Shown piece after piece: positions 19,152 to 28,965 of a stretch of 46,560 nt of DNA. The DNA is from a virus: the IMG/VR virus record IMGVR_UViG_3300037483_001046, one strand, 5' to 3'. The translations under genes were made by a program, and so were the position numbers. Each line of letters begins with the position of its first letter. The stretch's first letter is position 1. The notes below the pieces were generated by a model. It saw only the letters and a list, made by a program, of their open reading frames with translations, made no database searches and was not told the origin of the DNA.

Positions 19152-20043
19152 TATAGGCGTCATTGTAGGACGTTTTCAAGTTCATCAACTTCATGGAGCG
19201 CACCATGACCTTATTCAAAGCGTTTGTGATCGACATGACAGAGTGATCTTGTTTCTCGGCTTGTCTGATGTTCGAAATACAAAAAGAAATCCTTTAGATT
19301 TCAATGCAAGAAAGCAAATGATTCAGGAAGATTTTCCTGATATTGAAATCTATTACATCAACGATAAGCCAAGCAACGATCTTTGGTCCAAGACTCTTGA
19401 CCGAGAGATCCATCGTTGGACAAATCGTGATCAAACCGTTGTTCTTTATGGCGGAAGAGATAGTTTTATTGCGCATTATATTGGACAATATCCAACATGC
19501 GAGTTAGAGCCTGAAGTTTATGTTTCGGGAGAGCAAATGCGCAAACAGATTAGTCAAAGAACGATGTCAAGCATGGAATTTCGTGCAGGAGTCATTTGGG
19601 CAAGCAGCCATAGGTTTGATGTTAGCTATACAACCGTTGACGTTGCCATTTTAGACAAAGACAATAAAAGGATCTTGTTAGGAAAGAAAGACATTGATGG
19701 AGGATTATATCGTTTTGTAGGAGGATTCTCGGATCCTGGGAGTGAAAGCCTTGAAGCTGACGCAAAACGAGAAGCCCATGAAGAAACTGGAGCTATTGTT
19801 TCTGAACCCATTTATTTGGGCAGCACGTTGATCAATGATTGGCGTTATCGGAATGAAACAGATAAAGTGAAAACAACATTTTGGGTGTGTCGCCATGTTG
19901 ATGGGGCTTTGGAGCCAAATGACGATATTGATGCAATCAAATGGTTTGATTTGTCACAAGGCCCAGAAAAGATCAAAGAACAAGTTATCCGCGGGCATCT
20001 CGGATTAGTAGACAAGCTTTACAAAGACTATTTGGAAAGGTAA
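19126..20043 (+). CDS. nadM: Bifunctional NMN adenylyltransferase / Nudix hydrolase
   Basis: GRFQ..LHGAH, NPLDF, Nudix box GG.......E..A.REA.EETG. Confidence 0.9.
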   Translation: MKVKEEKYDIGVIVGRFQVHQLHGAHHDLIQSVCDRHDRVILFLGLSDVRNTKRNPLDFNARKQMIQEDFPDIEIYYINDKPSNDLWSKTLDREIHRWTNRDQTVVLYGGRDSFIAHYIGQYPTCELEPEVYVSGEQMRKQISQRTMSSMEFRAGVIWASSHRFDVSYTTVDVAILDKDNKRILLGKKDIDGGLYRFVGGFSDPGSESLEADAKREAHEETGAIVSEPIYLGSTLINDWRYRNETDKVKTTFWVCRHVDGALEPNDDIDAIKWFDLSQGPEKIKEQVIRGHLGLVDKLYKDYLER

Positions 20044-20047
20044 GCAA

Positions 20048-20611
20048 ATGCAACATGGATACAGAACATGGGTTCTAAAATACATTAAAAAAGGCTCTAT
20101 TTGTGCTGAAATAGGTGTTTGGGAAGGTGAGTTTTCAAAACTTATCTTGGACAAAGAGCCTTCAGAACTTCATTTAATTGATCCTTGGAAATACATGCCG
20201 GAATTTGGAGATCGATGTTATGGAAAACGACAAGGAACAAATCAGGAAAAATTAGACAAAATCTACAACAATGTTTTAAGCAAGTTTTCAAACAATAGCG
20301 CAGTTACCATACACAGATTTTCCTCAACAGAAGCTGCAACCAAATTGCCTGAAAAGCATTTTGATTTTATTTATATTGATGCCAATCACAATTTTGAATA
20401 TGTTTTAGCTGATATTGTGTCTTATTTACCAAAGCTGAAAGATGATGGGATCATGATAGGAGACGATTATATTTTTGGTCGTTGCCCAAATGGCGGAGCA
20501 AAAGAGGCAATAAAGAGATTATCTGCTTTAAATGCAATTAAGCTAATAAATAAGCCAGAAGAAGAAGGAAATCAATGGGTGTTGCAATCACTAAAGCATC
20601 ATAATATTTAA
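20048..20611 (+). CDS. Class I SAM-dependent methyltransferase (Methyltransf_24-like)
   Basis: AEIGVWEG, IDPW, FDFIYIDANH, GDDY. Confidence 0.85.
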   Translation: MQHGYRTWVLKYIKKGSICAEIGVWEGEFSKLILDKEPSELHLIDPWKYMPEFGDRCYGKRQGTNQEKLDKIYNNVLSKFSNNSAVTIHRFSSTEAATKLPEKHFDFIYIDANHNFEYVLADIVSYLPKLKDDGIMIGDDYIFGRCPNGGAKEAIKRLSALNAIKLINKPEEEGNQWVLQSLKHHNI

Positions 20612-20877
20612 TATCCTTATTTGAAAGATTGACGCCGGAAACTGATGATGATTGTGCAGGAACAAAAGGTCCGGATTTTCTGAATTATGCTTATCGATTA
20701 AAAGGGAGTCCAATAAATGCAAGCGAGCCGGCCAGACTTCATTATCGTTTAAAAGAGAAACTTGGCAAGCACGCAAAAGCATTCGATAATATGATTGAGG
20801 GAGGCATAACCCGATTTTTTACGATCCAGATGGCTTCAGCCTATTGACTTAGCCTAAATCGTTGTTATATTGCCCTA

Positions 20878-21747
20878 ATGGATCCCAATATTGAGAGGGC
20901 AGCGTACGCCATTCAACGAGCATCTGCTTTGGTATTTACGGCAGGTGCTGGAATGGGAGTTGACTCAGGTTTGCCAGATTTCCGCGGCAAGAATGGGTTT
21001 TGGAATACGTATCCTGCCTTTGAGCATTTGGGATTGTGCTTTGAAGACATTGCAAATCCTGAATGGTTCGAAAAAGAGCCAGAGCTTGCATGGGGGTTTT
21101 ATGGTCACCGAATGAACATGTATCGGACGACCAAGCCTCATGACGGTTATCATATTTTAAACAAATGGGGGAAAAGCTCCAACCATTTCATTTACACGTC
21201 AAATGTTGATGGAGCTTACCAAAAGGCCGGATTCAGAGAAGATCAAATCTGGGAAGCGCATGGATCCATTCATCATTTGCAGCCCTTGATTGCAGATCAT
21301 CGGCTTACGTGGGAAGAAGCAGAAAATGTTATTATTCCCGCCGAAGGTTTTGAGGTTGATATCGATCCCAAAACTTGCAAAGCGAAGGGAGAGCTTCCTT
21401 CTATTGACGGATCGTTGCTTCGCCCAAATGTTCTAATGTTTTGCGATATTGGATGGTTTCCTGTCCGAGAAGAAATGCAACATCGTCAATTTGTTCGATG
21501 GCGGGATGCTTCCGATTTTTCAAGCTTGGTTGTCATTGAGTGCGGAGCTGGCGTTCATATCCCAACCGTTCGCTTTTTTGGCGAGAATCTCGCCAATGAA
21601 TATAATGGAACCCTAATTCGAATCAATATCGATGAACGACAAGCCGATATTCAATCTTATTTGTGGGAGAATCTGAACGAAGACAAAATGATTCCAATCG
21701 CAATGGGCGCCAAGGACGCGCTCACTCAGATTGATCGTCTTGTTTAA
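20878..21747 (+). CDS. Sir2/CobB-family NAD-dependent deacylase
   Basis: GAGMGVDSGLPDFRG, TSNVDG, HGS, RPNV, GAG..IPTVR, IRIN. Confidence 0.9.
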   Translation: MDPNIERAAYAIQRASALVFTAGAGMGVDSGLPDFRGKNGFWNTYPAFEHLGLCFEDIANPEWFEKEPELAWGFYGHRMNMYRTTKPHDGYHILNKWGKSSNHFIYTSNVDGAYQKAGFREDQIWEAHGSIHHLQPLIADHRLTWEEAENVIIPAEGFEVDIDPKTCKAKGELPSIDGSLLRPNVLMFCDIGWFPVREEMQHRQFVRWRDASDFSSLVVIECGAGVHIPTVRFFGENLANEYNGTLIRINIDERQADIQSYLWENLNEDKMIPIAMGAKDALTQIDRLV

Positions 21748-21780
21748 TAACGCTCGTTTGCTCGTCAATCTCCACAACAT

Positions 21781-21993
21781 TCATCTCATATTATACCATA
21801 AAATCAATGAGAAAATTATAATAACCCATCCGGAAATTATTGTTCCGATTAACGCCCCCATAAAATATGCTTGTGTTATTGATCTGTTTTTTCTTTCTTT
21901 TAGAAGAAGATAGTTTTTTGCTAATTCTTGCAATAAAGGAGTTGTAGACTTTGGTGCTGCAAGAATTCTTGTTGCATATTCTTCAGGAGCCAT
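21781..21993 (-). CDS. Small membrane protein
   Basis: C-terminal TM segment. Confidence 0.45.
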   Translation of the reverse strand: MAPEEYATRILAAPKSTTPLLQELAKNYLLLKERKNRSITQAYFMGALIGTIISGWVIIIFSLILWYNMR

Positions 21994-22465
21994 GAGCTTG
22001 CAATTCTCTAAAGTCGATTTTTTGAGGGTCGAAGACCATAATTCCTGTGTCTCCAAAATACTCAAATCCGAAATACTCAAACCGACTAATTGGATCTTTC
22101 TCGGAATCTGGAACGTAGCTGATCACGCCCACCTTGAATGATTTAGCAAGGAATTTGATCATTGCATGGTCTGGTGTCCCAAACTGGTTCGTGATTATTG
22201 AAAGGTTCTCCAGAGCCAAAAATTGGTTACCTTTGAGATCGTACCCGTCGCGCTCAAGCGCTTCCAAGCTATCATTGTCCAAAAGCAATGTGTTCACATC
22301 GGCGCTGTCTGACAAAGTTGACAGGGCTTCAAACACGCGTGGTCCATTATTGAACAAGTATCCTGAAAGAGAGCCTAAGATTGCGCCTTCTCGCATAGCG
22401 ATAACTTCGATACGAGAAATATTGGGGTTGATTAGCATCTGGGTTGTGGTGACTTGAATTTGCAT
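21983..22465 (-). CDS. Hypothetical protein
   Basis: GGAAGG RBS; 160 aa ORF. Confidence 0.6.
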   Translation of the reverse strand: MQIQVTTTQMLINPNISRIEVIAMREGAILGSLSGYLFNNGPRVFEALSTLSDSADVNTLLLDNDSLEALERDGYDLKGNQFLALENLSIITNQFGTPDHAMIKFLAKSFKVGVISYVPDSEKDPISRFEYFGFEYFGDTGIMVFDPQKIDFRELQAHGS

Positions 22466-22481
22466 ATCTTATTCCTTCCAA

Positions 22482-22521
22482 AAAAATAAGGTGGAGCAGA
22501 AATCCGCTCCACCTTATTTTT
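22482..22521. terminator. Bidirectional Rho-independent terminator
   Basis: AAAAATAAGGTGGAGC / GCTCCACCTTATTTTT 16-bp stem. Confidence 0.85.
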
Positions 22522-22536
22522 CTTGCAACTTGGTTT

Positions 22537-23340
22537 TTACCCGGTTGCCTGAGTCTCGTTGCTCTTGTTCTCGATGGTCGGAGGATCATCGGGAAATTCG
22601 GCAGCATCATCCAGCTTGTTGGGTCCACGCCAATATTGACGTCCACGACCCTCTCCCGCATGGAAAAGTTCATCATTCTTTGCCATTTGAGAAAATACCG
22701 TACCAAAGCTAGAGCGCTCCAAATTCTGGTCTGGGAAGCACTCTCGTGCCGCCTCGACAACTTCAGCCGGAGACATCCGCTGCATGGGCTCCAAGGAGTT
22801 GAAGATAGCACGAACAATCTGGACAACGGTTGGCCCATCAGGATTACGATAGTTCGCAAGGGTCGACGGGTCAACTACCTGAAGATCGTTGGTCGACACA
22901 TTGAGAGTATAGAACGTTCCGCGTCCACGCCCATTCGTTGTGATAATATTCGCAGAATTGAACCACTTGATGGACTTTTGAAGCTCAGCCTTTTCGAAGG
23001 AACTATCTTTTTCTTGAAGCTTGGTCAAAACATCGGCTGCCTTGATCTCTTCCGTTCCATCATTTTTGACCGCCAAAAACGCATCCAGAACCAGAACGTC
23101 AGTTTCGTTAGGGTGATGGATGCTTCGACGTGCGCCCGCTGGCGATGGCTTGCGCTTTGCATGCGTAGTAGCTGGCTTCTTGCCACCTACAGGAATTGGG
23201 ATATCGCCCAGACCTTCGATGGTCTCGACGGCAGCGTCAATTTGGTCAGCTGCGTTACGGAGATTATGAGAATATTCTTTCAGTTCTTGGATGTTCATTT
23301 TTGGAACCTTTCGGAGTGAAACTACATTACCTTTCCCCAA
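22537..23340 (-). CDS. Coiled-coil plus two winged-HTH-like domains, putative nucleoid/DNA-binding protein
   Basis: Two helix-helix-helix-wing units ending TNGRGRGTFYTL and AGEGRGRQYW; strong terminator after it; start uncertain. Confidence 0.6.
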   Translation of the reverse strand: MGKGNVVSLRKVPKMNIQELKEYSHNLRNAADQIDAAVETIEGLGDIPIPVGGKKPATTHAKRKPSPAGARRSIHHPNETDVLVLDAFLAVKNDGTEEIKAADVLTKLQEKDSSFEKAELQKSIKWFNSANIITTNGRGRGTFYTLNVSTNDLQVVDPSTLANYRNPDGPTVVQIVRAIFNSLEPMQRMSPAEVVEAARECFPDQNLERSSFGTVFSQMAKNDELFHAGEGRGRQYWRGPNKLDDAAEFPDDPPTIENKSNETQATG

Positions 23341-23348
23341 TAGCTATG

Positions 23349-25316
23349 TCAAACACTTTTCCCTTCCGAGACGAAAGCTTGTCTGCGCTTGTCTGCGTAT
23401 CGTTCAAGCAGCTTTTCGGCCAAAAAACGCTCTTCCTGCGACTCTAGGCCAGAAATTCTTAACAAGCGCAATATGCGCAGATCATGAGGCATGGCGCCAA
23501 GATGTGTTTCCTTGCCTTGTCGACGCACAGCGACCCCACTTATCTTTATAAGGGTCCCTATCTCCTGCATCATCTCGTACGCTCGTTCGTCGCCAATAAA
23601 TGATAAACTTTGTCCATCAACCTCCTGACTCAACCATAAAGGTAGGCGACTCAAGATGGCCTCTTTACGCATTTCGCGCTCTTCATCGCCAACGCGCTTA
23701 ATCCGCTCTTCAAAATCTTCTTCCGATTCATGCGCAGATTCCGCAAAATTCTTCTTAGGCGCAACTGGCGCGTCAAGCGCAGATTGCGCAACATACATCT
23801 TTTCTAGCAAAAGTCGATGAATATGCCTATCGATCGGATGATCTGAAACAATATGATAATAAATCGCCTTACTCTGTTCCTGGCCAATTCTCGCAACTCG
23901 ATCTTGCGCCTGAACGTTATTTGCAGGATTCCAATCTAAATCATTGAATATGACATGATGGGCACGAGTTAGCGTTAATCCGGTTCCTGCCGCCTTAATC
24001 GATAAAGCTAGTCCTTTTAGCTTCCCATCCTGAAATTCTTTAGAAATCTTCGCCTTTTTCTCTGGTGTAAACTCCGTTCCACCATGGATATATTTCCATC
24101 CTTTTCTCTTTCCAATAGATTCAACAACTTTTGGATGGGCACTAAAAACGAGAACCGGAATATCTTGCTCTTCAAAGCTTTCAACCAAATTCTTTAAGAC
24201 AGGAATTTTAGACTCTGCAAGAGATTTTTTCTCTATGCTCATCATTCCTATCGGCGGCAGCTGATCATCTTCAAAATACTTCGAAGATCTAAAAAGGTCC
24301 CAGACATTATCAAGAGTTTCTTTAATCTCTGTAGGCGTATCAAAAACAATAGATTTATAAATCTTCGTAGGAAGTTGAATATCAACTTCTTTTTTGGTCC
24401 TGCGAAGCATTCCGGCACGCAAAATCGTTGGCGTGCTCTTATGAACTTGCTTTGAAAACTTCCACCCATATTTCCCCTTTGTTCCCCCAAATAAGCGAAC
24501 AAAGTTCATGAAGTTCCCAAAGATAAGTTTCTCAATTCCTAAAATTGTGCAAATATTATAGATGTCAAATTCATGATTTTCAATTGGTGTTCCAGTCAAT
24601 CCAATCGTTTTATGGGCCAATTCACGAAGCTGTCTTGCTTTTATAGATTTTTTGGTTTTCTTATCTTTTAAAGCTTGGATTTCATCGAAAACAAGGACAA
24701 CCTTTTTTGCTGCCTCTTTTTCTTCTTCGGTAATCATTGGATTTTTACGTTTTCTTGATGCTCTTTCAAGCCACCAGGGCAACAACCCATAAGTCGTGAT
24801 TACCAACTCTCCTGGCTCTGGATATTTGAATGTTTTTCCGTCTTTTAGGATCGTAACTTTTAGTTCCGGTCTCCATTTTTGAGCTTCATCACGCCAATTG
24901 ATTTTCAAATGCGGAGGAACAACGGCAAGCAAGCCATATTCCATATTATGCGCCAATAAAACGGTGGCTGTTTTTCCAAGGCCAGGTTCGTCTCCGATAA
25001 GACAATTCGGAGTTTCTTTATGGTGATCTCTTTGAGTCAGCCATTTTACTCCCTCAATTTGAAAATCATAAAGCTTTTTATCTTTTGCTCGCTTGACGGC
25101 TTCTTCATCAAATGGATCATCTTCTTCAAATTCTTTTTGAAGTCGAGCCATGTGGGCTCGATAAGATGAAATTTCATCAGGACATGCACGCTTAACGCAT
25201 TGATATCCGTCACAAACGGGCGTCCATTTTTCGCCTTTTTTAAAGACGAAACCGTCACCAGAATTTATGCGAATATTGCAGATCGAGCAATATGAGGCAA
25301 ATTTATTGACTATCAT
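23349..25316 (-). CDS. SNF2-family helicase/ATPase (SMARCAL1/HARP-like)
   Basis: DEPGLGKT, FDEIQ, LTGTPIEN, AAGTGLTLT, WNP, QAQDRVARIGQ; N-terminal Cys cluster. Confidence 0.92.
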   Translation of the reverse strand: MIVNKFASYCSICNIRINSGDGFVFKKGEKWTPVCDGYQCVKRACPDEISSYRAHMARLQKEFEEDDPFDEEAVKRAKDKKLYDFQIEGVKWLTQRDHHKETPNCLIGDEPGLGKTATVLLAHNMEYGLLAVVPPHLKINWRDEAQKWRPELKVTILKDGKTFKYPEPGELVITTYGLLPWWLERASRKRKNPMITEEEKEAAKKVVLVFDEIQALKDKKTKKSIKARQLRELAHKTIGLTGTPIENHEFDIYNICTILGIEKLIFGNFMNFVRLFGGTKGKYGWKFSKQVHKSTPTILRAGMLRRTKKEVDIQLPTKIYKSIVFDTPTEIKETLDNVWDLFRSSKYFEDDQLPPIGMMSIEKKSLAESKIPVLKNLVESFEEQDIPVLVFSAHPKVVESIGKRKGWKYIHGGTEFTPEKKAKISKEFQDGKLKGLALSIKAAGTGLTLTRAHHVIFNDLDWNPANNVQAQDRVARIGQEQSKAIYYHIVSDHPIDRHIHRLLLEKMYVAQSALDAPVAPKKNFAESAHESEEDFEERIKRVGDEEREMRKEAILSRLPLWLSQEVDGQSLSFIGDERAYEMMQEIGTLIKISGVAVRRQGKETHLGAMPHDLRILRLLRISGLESQEERFLAEKLLERYADKRRQAFVSEGKSV

Positions 25317-25333
25317 AACGAATAAAGTATGAC

Positions 25334-25369
25334 TTGACGAAGTTTAGGGCCTTGTGCTAGGCTTGTCAA
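25334..25369. promoter_or_regulatory. Overlapping opposite-strand sigma70-like promoters
   Basis: + strand TTGACG-N18-TAGGCT (25334-25363); - strand TTGACA-N17-TAAACT (25369-25341) toward the helicase. Confidence 0.65.
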
Positions 25370-25525
25370 GTTCTATTTTTGCATTTCTGCATTTCTCAGA
25401 GCATGGTAAGCAGTGAGTGCCATAAGGGTTTGTTGTCCCTTGAACCGCTGCAACCAGTCACGTCGTAACTCCTTGGGTGGGGACTGGCAATGGGATGGCC
25501 AAGGGAGCGCCATCCCATTTTTTAT
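25370..25525 (+). ncRNA. Candidate structured small RNA 1
   Basis: Promoter upstream; stems GCAGTG/CGCTGC, AAGGG/CCCTT, CCAGTC/GACTGG; terminator AATGGGATGGC/GCCATCCCATT+T run. Confidence 0.55.
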
Positions 25526-25557
25526 TTGACACAGACATCAGATCATGATAGCTTTCT

Positions 25558-25637
25558 TTATCCGGGCGGATACCCTCCCGGAGAGCAGAGCAGGTACAGG
25601 GGGATGGGCGGGGAGAAATCCCCGCCCATTTTTATTT
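25558..25637 (+). ncRNA. Candidate small RNA 2
   Basis: TTGACA-N17-TAGCTT at 25526-25554; hairpin TCCGGG/CCCGGA; terminator ATGGGCGGGGA-GAAA-TCCCCGCCCAT+T run; no ORF. Confidence 0.55.
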
Positions 25638-25962
25638 AATTACCTGTTCCCTCTGAAGTTGAAAGTCGCTCGTCTAAAATCTTAATATAAGAACCCAGAT
25701 CTTTTTGACATACTTCTTTAAACTCATCCATTGGCATAGGCTCAACAACTTCCTTCGTCATAACAAGTCTAAATTTATTCTCTCCCATATATTCAATCAT
25801 GCCATCACTTAACATCTCTATCAATTCACCGCAATAATATATTTTCTCAGTTTCTAAATAAGCAATCTTGTTTTCATATTCCTTAATTATTATTTCTTCG
25901 TATTTTCCTTTGCAGCCTGCAAATAAGACCAATGACATAATAAATGTTATAAGCTTTTTCAC
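25636..25962 (-). CDS. Lipoprotein
   Basis: GTG start, GGAG RBS, lipobox FAGC. Confidence 0.65.
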   Translation of the reverse strand: MKKLITFIMSLVLFAGCKGKYEEIIIKEYENKIAYLETEKIYYCGELIEMLSDGMIEYMGENKFRLVMTKEVVEPMPMDEFKEVCQKDLGSYIKILDERLSTSEGTGN

Positions 25963-25985
25963 AAAAATCTCCGTATTTATTATAC

Positions 25986-26654
25986 ATGAGCAAACTTCGT
26001 TTAGTTATCAGAGAGCTAATCAAAGAAGCCGCTATAACGCCCAAGCAAGCTGGAGCGGAACAATTGGCTTTATATTGGTCAGACAACCCTCAATCTGGTG
26101 ACTGGGCTATGACGGATAGGGTTTTTATTCTTTATTCTCCGAAAGCTTTGATGGAGGAATTGGAAAATGGAGTTCCTGTTACGTCGTTAGATTACAATAA
26201 CATTGTATACGGCGTTATTGCGTTAGATGATCATGAAGGAGAGTGCAATAATGCATCTTCTGTTCACAATGTTGCTGCCCAAAAGGGATATGGTCCTTTG
26301 ATGTATAATATTGCGGGAGTGACTGCGCCAGGCGGAAGCATTGCTGCTTCACGTGACAAAGGTTCGGTTAAGCCGGCAGCAAGAAACGTTTGGAATCACT
26401 ATTATTCAGGTGGACAAGTTCATGTACAACCTTTTGACGATCCACAAAATCCAAGAGACGATGATCCTGAAAATGATTGCAAATTGCATGGCGATCCTCC
26501 CTTGGATCATAGCTATTCAGGCATGAGAGCACCATTCGGCGGATTGCTTCAAGCTCATCAGCGATTTGCCTCAAACTTTAAAGGCGATTTAAATGAACTA
26601 ATTGAAAAATTGGGCGACAATTTTTATATGAACAAATATATTGGATCATTTTGA
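25986..26654 (+). CDS. Phage hypothetical protein, possible GNAT-like fold, N-terminal LRLVIRELIKE motif
   Basis: AAQKGYGPLMY and SVKPAARNVW segments; TATTTA 6 nt upstream. Confidence 0.65.
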   Translation: MSKLRLVIRELIKEAAITPKQAGAEQLALYWSDNPQSGDWAMTDRVFILYSPKALMEELENGVPVTSLDYNNIVYGVIALDDHEGECNNASSVHNVAAQKGYGPLMYNIAGVTAPGGSIAASRDKGSVKPAARNVWNHYYSGGQVHVQPFDDPQNPRDDDPENDCKLHGDPPLDHSYSGMRAPFGGLLQAHQRFASNFKGDLNELIEKLGDNFYMNKYIGSF

Positions 26655-27029
26655 GAATTCATCTTCAAGAAATTCTCTCCCTTGACGCTTCATTCCAATC
26701 TTCTCTTCAATTTCCAATTGCTCTTTCATTAGTTCATGCAAATCGTCACCGGAAATAAGCTCCATAATATTGATGTTCTCTTTTGGGACTCCTTCTTTTT
26801 CCAGAAGGATTATTTGTTCTCTTAAGTTTTCTCGATCTTTGTAGGGCAAATCTGCTCTGTCCAAAGTATGAAATATTTTTCCTTTTATAATGCAATACAA
26901 AACATTGTGCATTTCAAGAATTGCAAGAAATTTGTTTGTTTTCTTCTCTTCTGGCAATCGATTGATTCTATCTACAGTTGATTGCAGATCAATGTATGTT
27001 TCACAAAGTTCTTTAAAATTGTCGCGCAT
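26646..27029 (-). CDS. Hypothetical helical protein
   Basis: 127 aa ORF. Confidence 0.55.
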   Translation of the reverse strand: MRDNFKELCETYIDLQSTVDRINRLPEEKKTNKFLAILEMHNVLYCIIKGKIFHTLDRADLPYKDRENLREQIILLEKEGVPKENINIMELISGDDLHELMKEQLEIEEKIGMKRQGREFLEDEFSK

Positions 27030-27047
27030 TATGCTATTATAACAAAT

Positions 27048-27347
27048 TTAAAAATCCCCGATAATTGAATTTGAATCTCTCGCATAAGATTCTAACTTAT
27101 TCCATCGATCGATAAGTTGTTCTGCATCAAATGGCATACCTTCATCGTCTTTAACAAAAGATATCATCATTTCCTTAATCCCTCGGTAAGCAAAAGAGTG
27201 ATATTCAAGAAGCATGCTTGCTTGAACAGGATTTATATCTTTCTCTCTTACCTCCTTGACTAAAGGTAAGAGAGAAAGATATATTTTGACAAAATTGTCA
27301 AGAGTATTCTTGTTTACATCCAATTTACTGCCCAAGTTGTGCAGCAA
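27048..27347 (-). CDS. Hypothetical protein downstream of GroEL (start uncertain)
   Basis: Helical ORF; no GroES motifs. Confidence 0.5.
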   Translation of the reverse strand: MLHNLGSKLDVNKNTLDNFVKIYLSLLPLVKEVREKDINPVQASMLLEYHSFAYRGIKEMMISFVKDDEGMPFDAEQLIDRWNKLESYARDSNSIIGDF

Positions 27348-28965
27348 TACGATTTAATACATTTGGATCCTCTTCAGCTATCGCCGCCTCAATTGTTAAC
27401 ATTAGTCCGGCAATTGAAGCAGCATTCTCTAATGCTGTTTTAGGAACCTTTACTGGATCGATTATTCCTGCATTGACAAGATCTATGTACTCTTCTTTTG
27501 TAGCATGCCAGCCCATGTTTTTATTAGATTGTTCCAATATATTGTGTAAAACGACCTGTCCAGGCGCATCTGCGTTTTTCGCAATCTGTTGCAATGGCGC
27601 ATAGCAAGCTTCCCGAATAATCCCCATGCCAGCTTGCTCCCCTGTATTGTCCGCAGAAAGCTTGTCAATATGTTTACTAGCATGAATTAGGGCAGCTCCG
27701 CCACCTGGGACTATCCCGGCCTCAACAGCCGCTTGCGTGGCGCACAGAGCGTCCTCAACCCTGTCCTTTTTCTCCTTCATTTCAACCTCGGTTGCTCCAC
27801 CAACCCGAAGGATTGCTACCCCTCCTGCAAGTCTAGCTAATCTCCTTTTCATAATACTAATTTCATTTTCAGATAATGTGGGATCTTCCATCAATTTCTT
27901 AATCTCTTGCACCCTTAAGTCAATTGCCTCTTTCCTATCTTTATGAACAACAATAGTTGTCTCATTCTTCCCAACAATAATTTTTTCAGCACTTCCTAAG
28001 ATTTTTTGTTCTGGATCTTTCAAATCAATATCTGAAACATTAATCCCTGTAGCATCAGATACAATTTTCCCACCAGTTAATATTTCAATGTCTTCTAACA
28101 TATCATGCCGTGCATTACCAAATTCTGGCGCTCTAATCGCACATATGTCTAATGTTCCTCTCATTTTGTTGACCGTCAAACTGTTCAATGCTTCACCTTC
28201 AATTTCATCAACAATCAAAAGAACAGATCTCTTTTCTTTCAAAACTTGCTCTAAAGCAGAAATTAAATCTTTCATATGCTCAAATCTTTTATTGGTTATA
28301 AAGACATATGGATTAATCAATTCTGCTGTTAACTTTTCCGAATTGGTAACAAAGAAAGGTGATACATATCCTCGATTAATTTGCATTCCTTCAACCGTTT
28401 CCATGGACGTTTTATATGATTTCGCTTCTTCAATTGTTATAACGCCATCTCTTCCTACTTTCTCCATGGCTTGAGCAAGCATTTCTCCAATAGAGATATC
28501 TCCATTTGCCGAAACCGTACCAACGTGCATAATTTCATTATTAGAAGAAACTTCAATAGCATTCTCTTCCAATGCTTTACAAACAGCCTTAACTGCTTTG
28601 TCAATACCTCGTTTTAAGTCAGAGGGATTATGTCCTGCGGCAATTAACTTTAGTCCATTTTTATAAATAGAACGGGCTAAAACGGTTGCGGTTGTTGTAC
28701 CATCGCCAGCTACATCTACAGTTTGTGAGGCAACCTCTTTAATCATTTGTGCGCCAATATTTGTGAATTGATCTTTTAGATTAATCGATTTGGCAACGGT
28801 TACTCCATCTTTGGTCACATGCGGAGCTTGCCCCAATCTTTCAATAACCACATTTCGACCACGGGGTCCGAGAGTTACGCATACCGCATCTGCCAAAATT
28901 TCAACCCCTTCAAGAATCTTTGTTCTTGCTTCATCTCTGAAAAGCAACTTTTTATTAGTGTCCAT
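27325..28965 (-). CDS. groEL: Chaperonin GroEL (Cpn60)
   Basis: [54 protein letters not shown]. Confidence 0.98.
   Translation of the reverse strand: MDTNKKLLFRDEARTKILEGVEILADAVCVTLGPRGRNVVIERLGQAPHVTKDGVTVAKSINLKDQFTNIGAQMIKEVASQTVDVAGDGTTTATVLARSIYKNGLKLIAAGHNPSDLKRGIDKAVKAVCKALEENAIEVSSNNEIMHVGTVSANGDISIGEMLAQAMEKVGRDGVITIEEAKSYKTSMETVEGMQINRGYVSPFFVTNSEKLTAELINPYVFITNKRFEHMKDLISALEQVLKEKRSVLLIVDEIEGEALNSLTVNKMRGTLDICAIRAPEFGNARHDMLEDIEILTGGKIVSDATGINVSDIDLKDPEQKILGSAEKIIVGKNETTIVVHKDRKEAIDLRVQEIKKLMEDPTLSENEISIMKRRLARLAGGVAILRVGGATEVEMKEKKDRVEDALCATQAAVEAGIVPGGGAALIHASKHIDKLSADNTGEQAGMGIIREACYAPLQQIAKNADAPGQVVLHNILEQSNKNMGWHATKEEYIDLVNAGIIDPVKVPKTALENAASIAGLMLTIEAAIAEEDPNVLNRIAAQLGQ

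Noticed and set aside
22347-23551. Alternative ORFs 22347..22874, 22636..23319, 23196..23447, 23291..23551
   Set aside because: Shadow frames of the GC-richer wHTH and helicase genes
27048-27347. Possible GroES next to groEL
   Set aside because: Right size but helical, lacks PLxDRV and GD.V motifs
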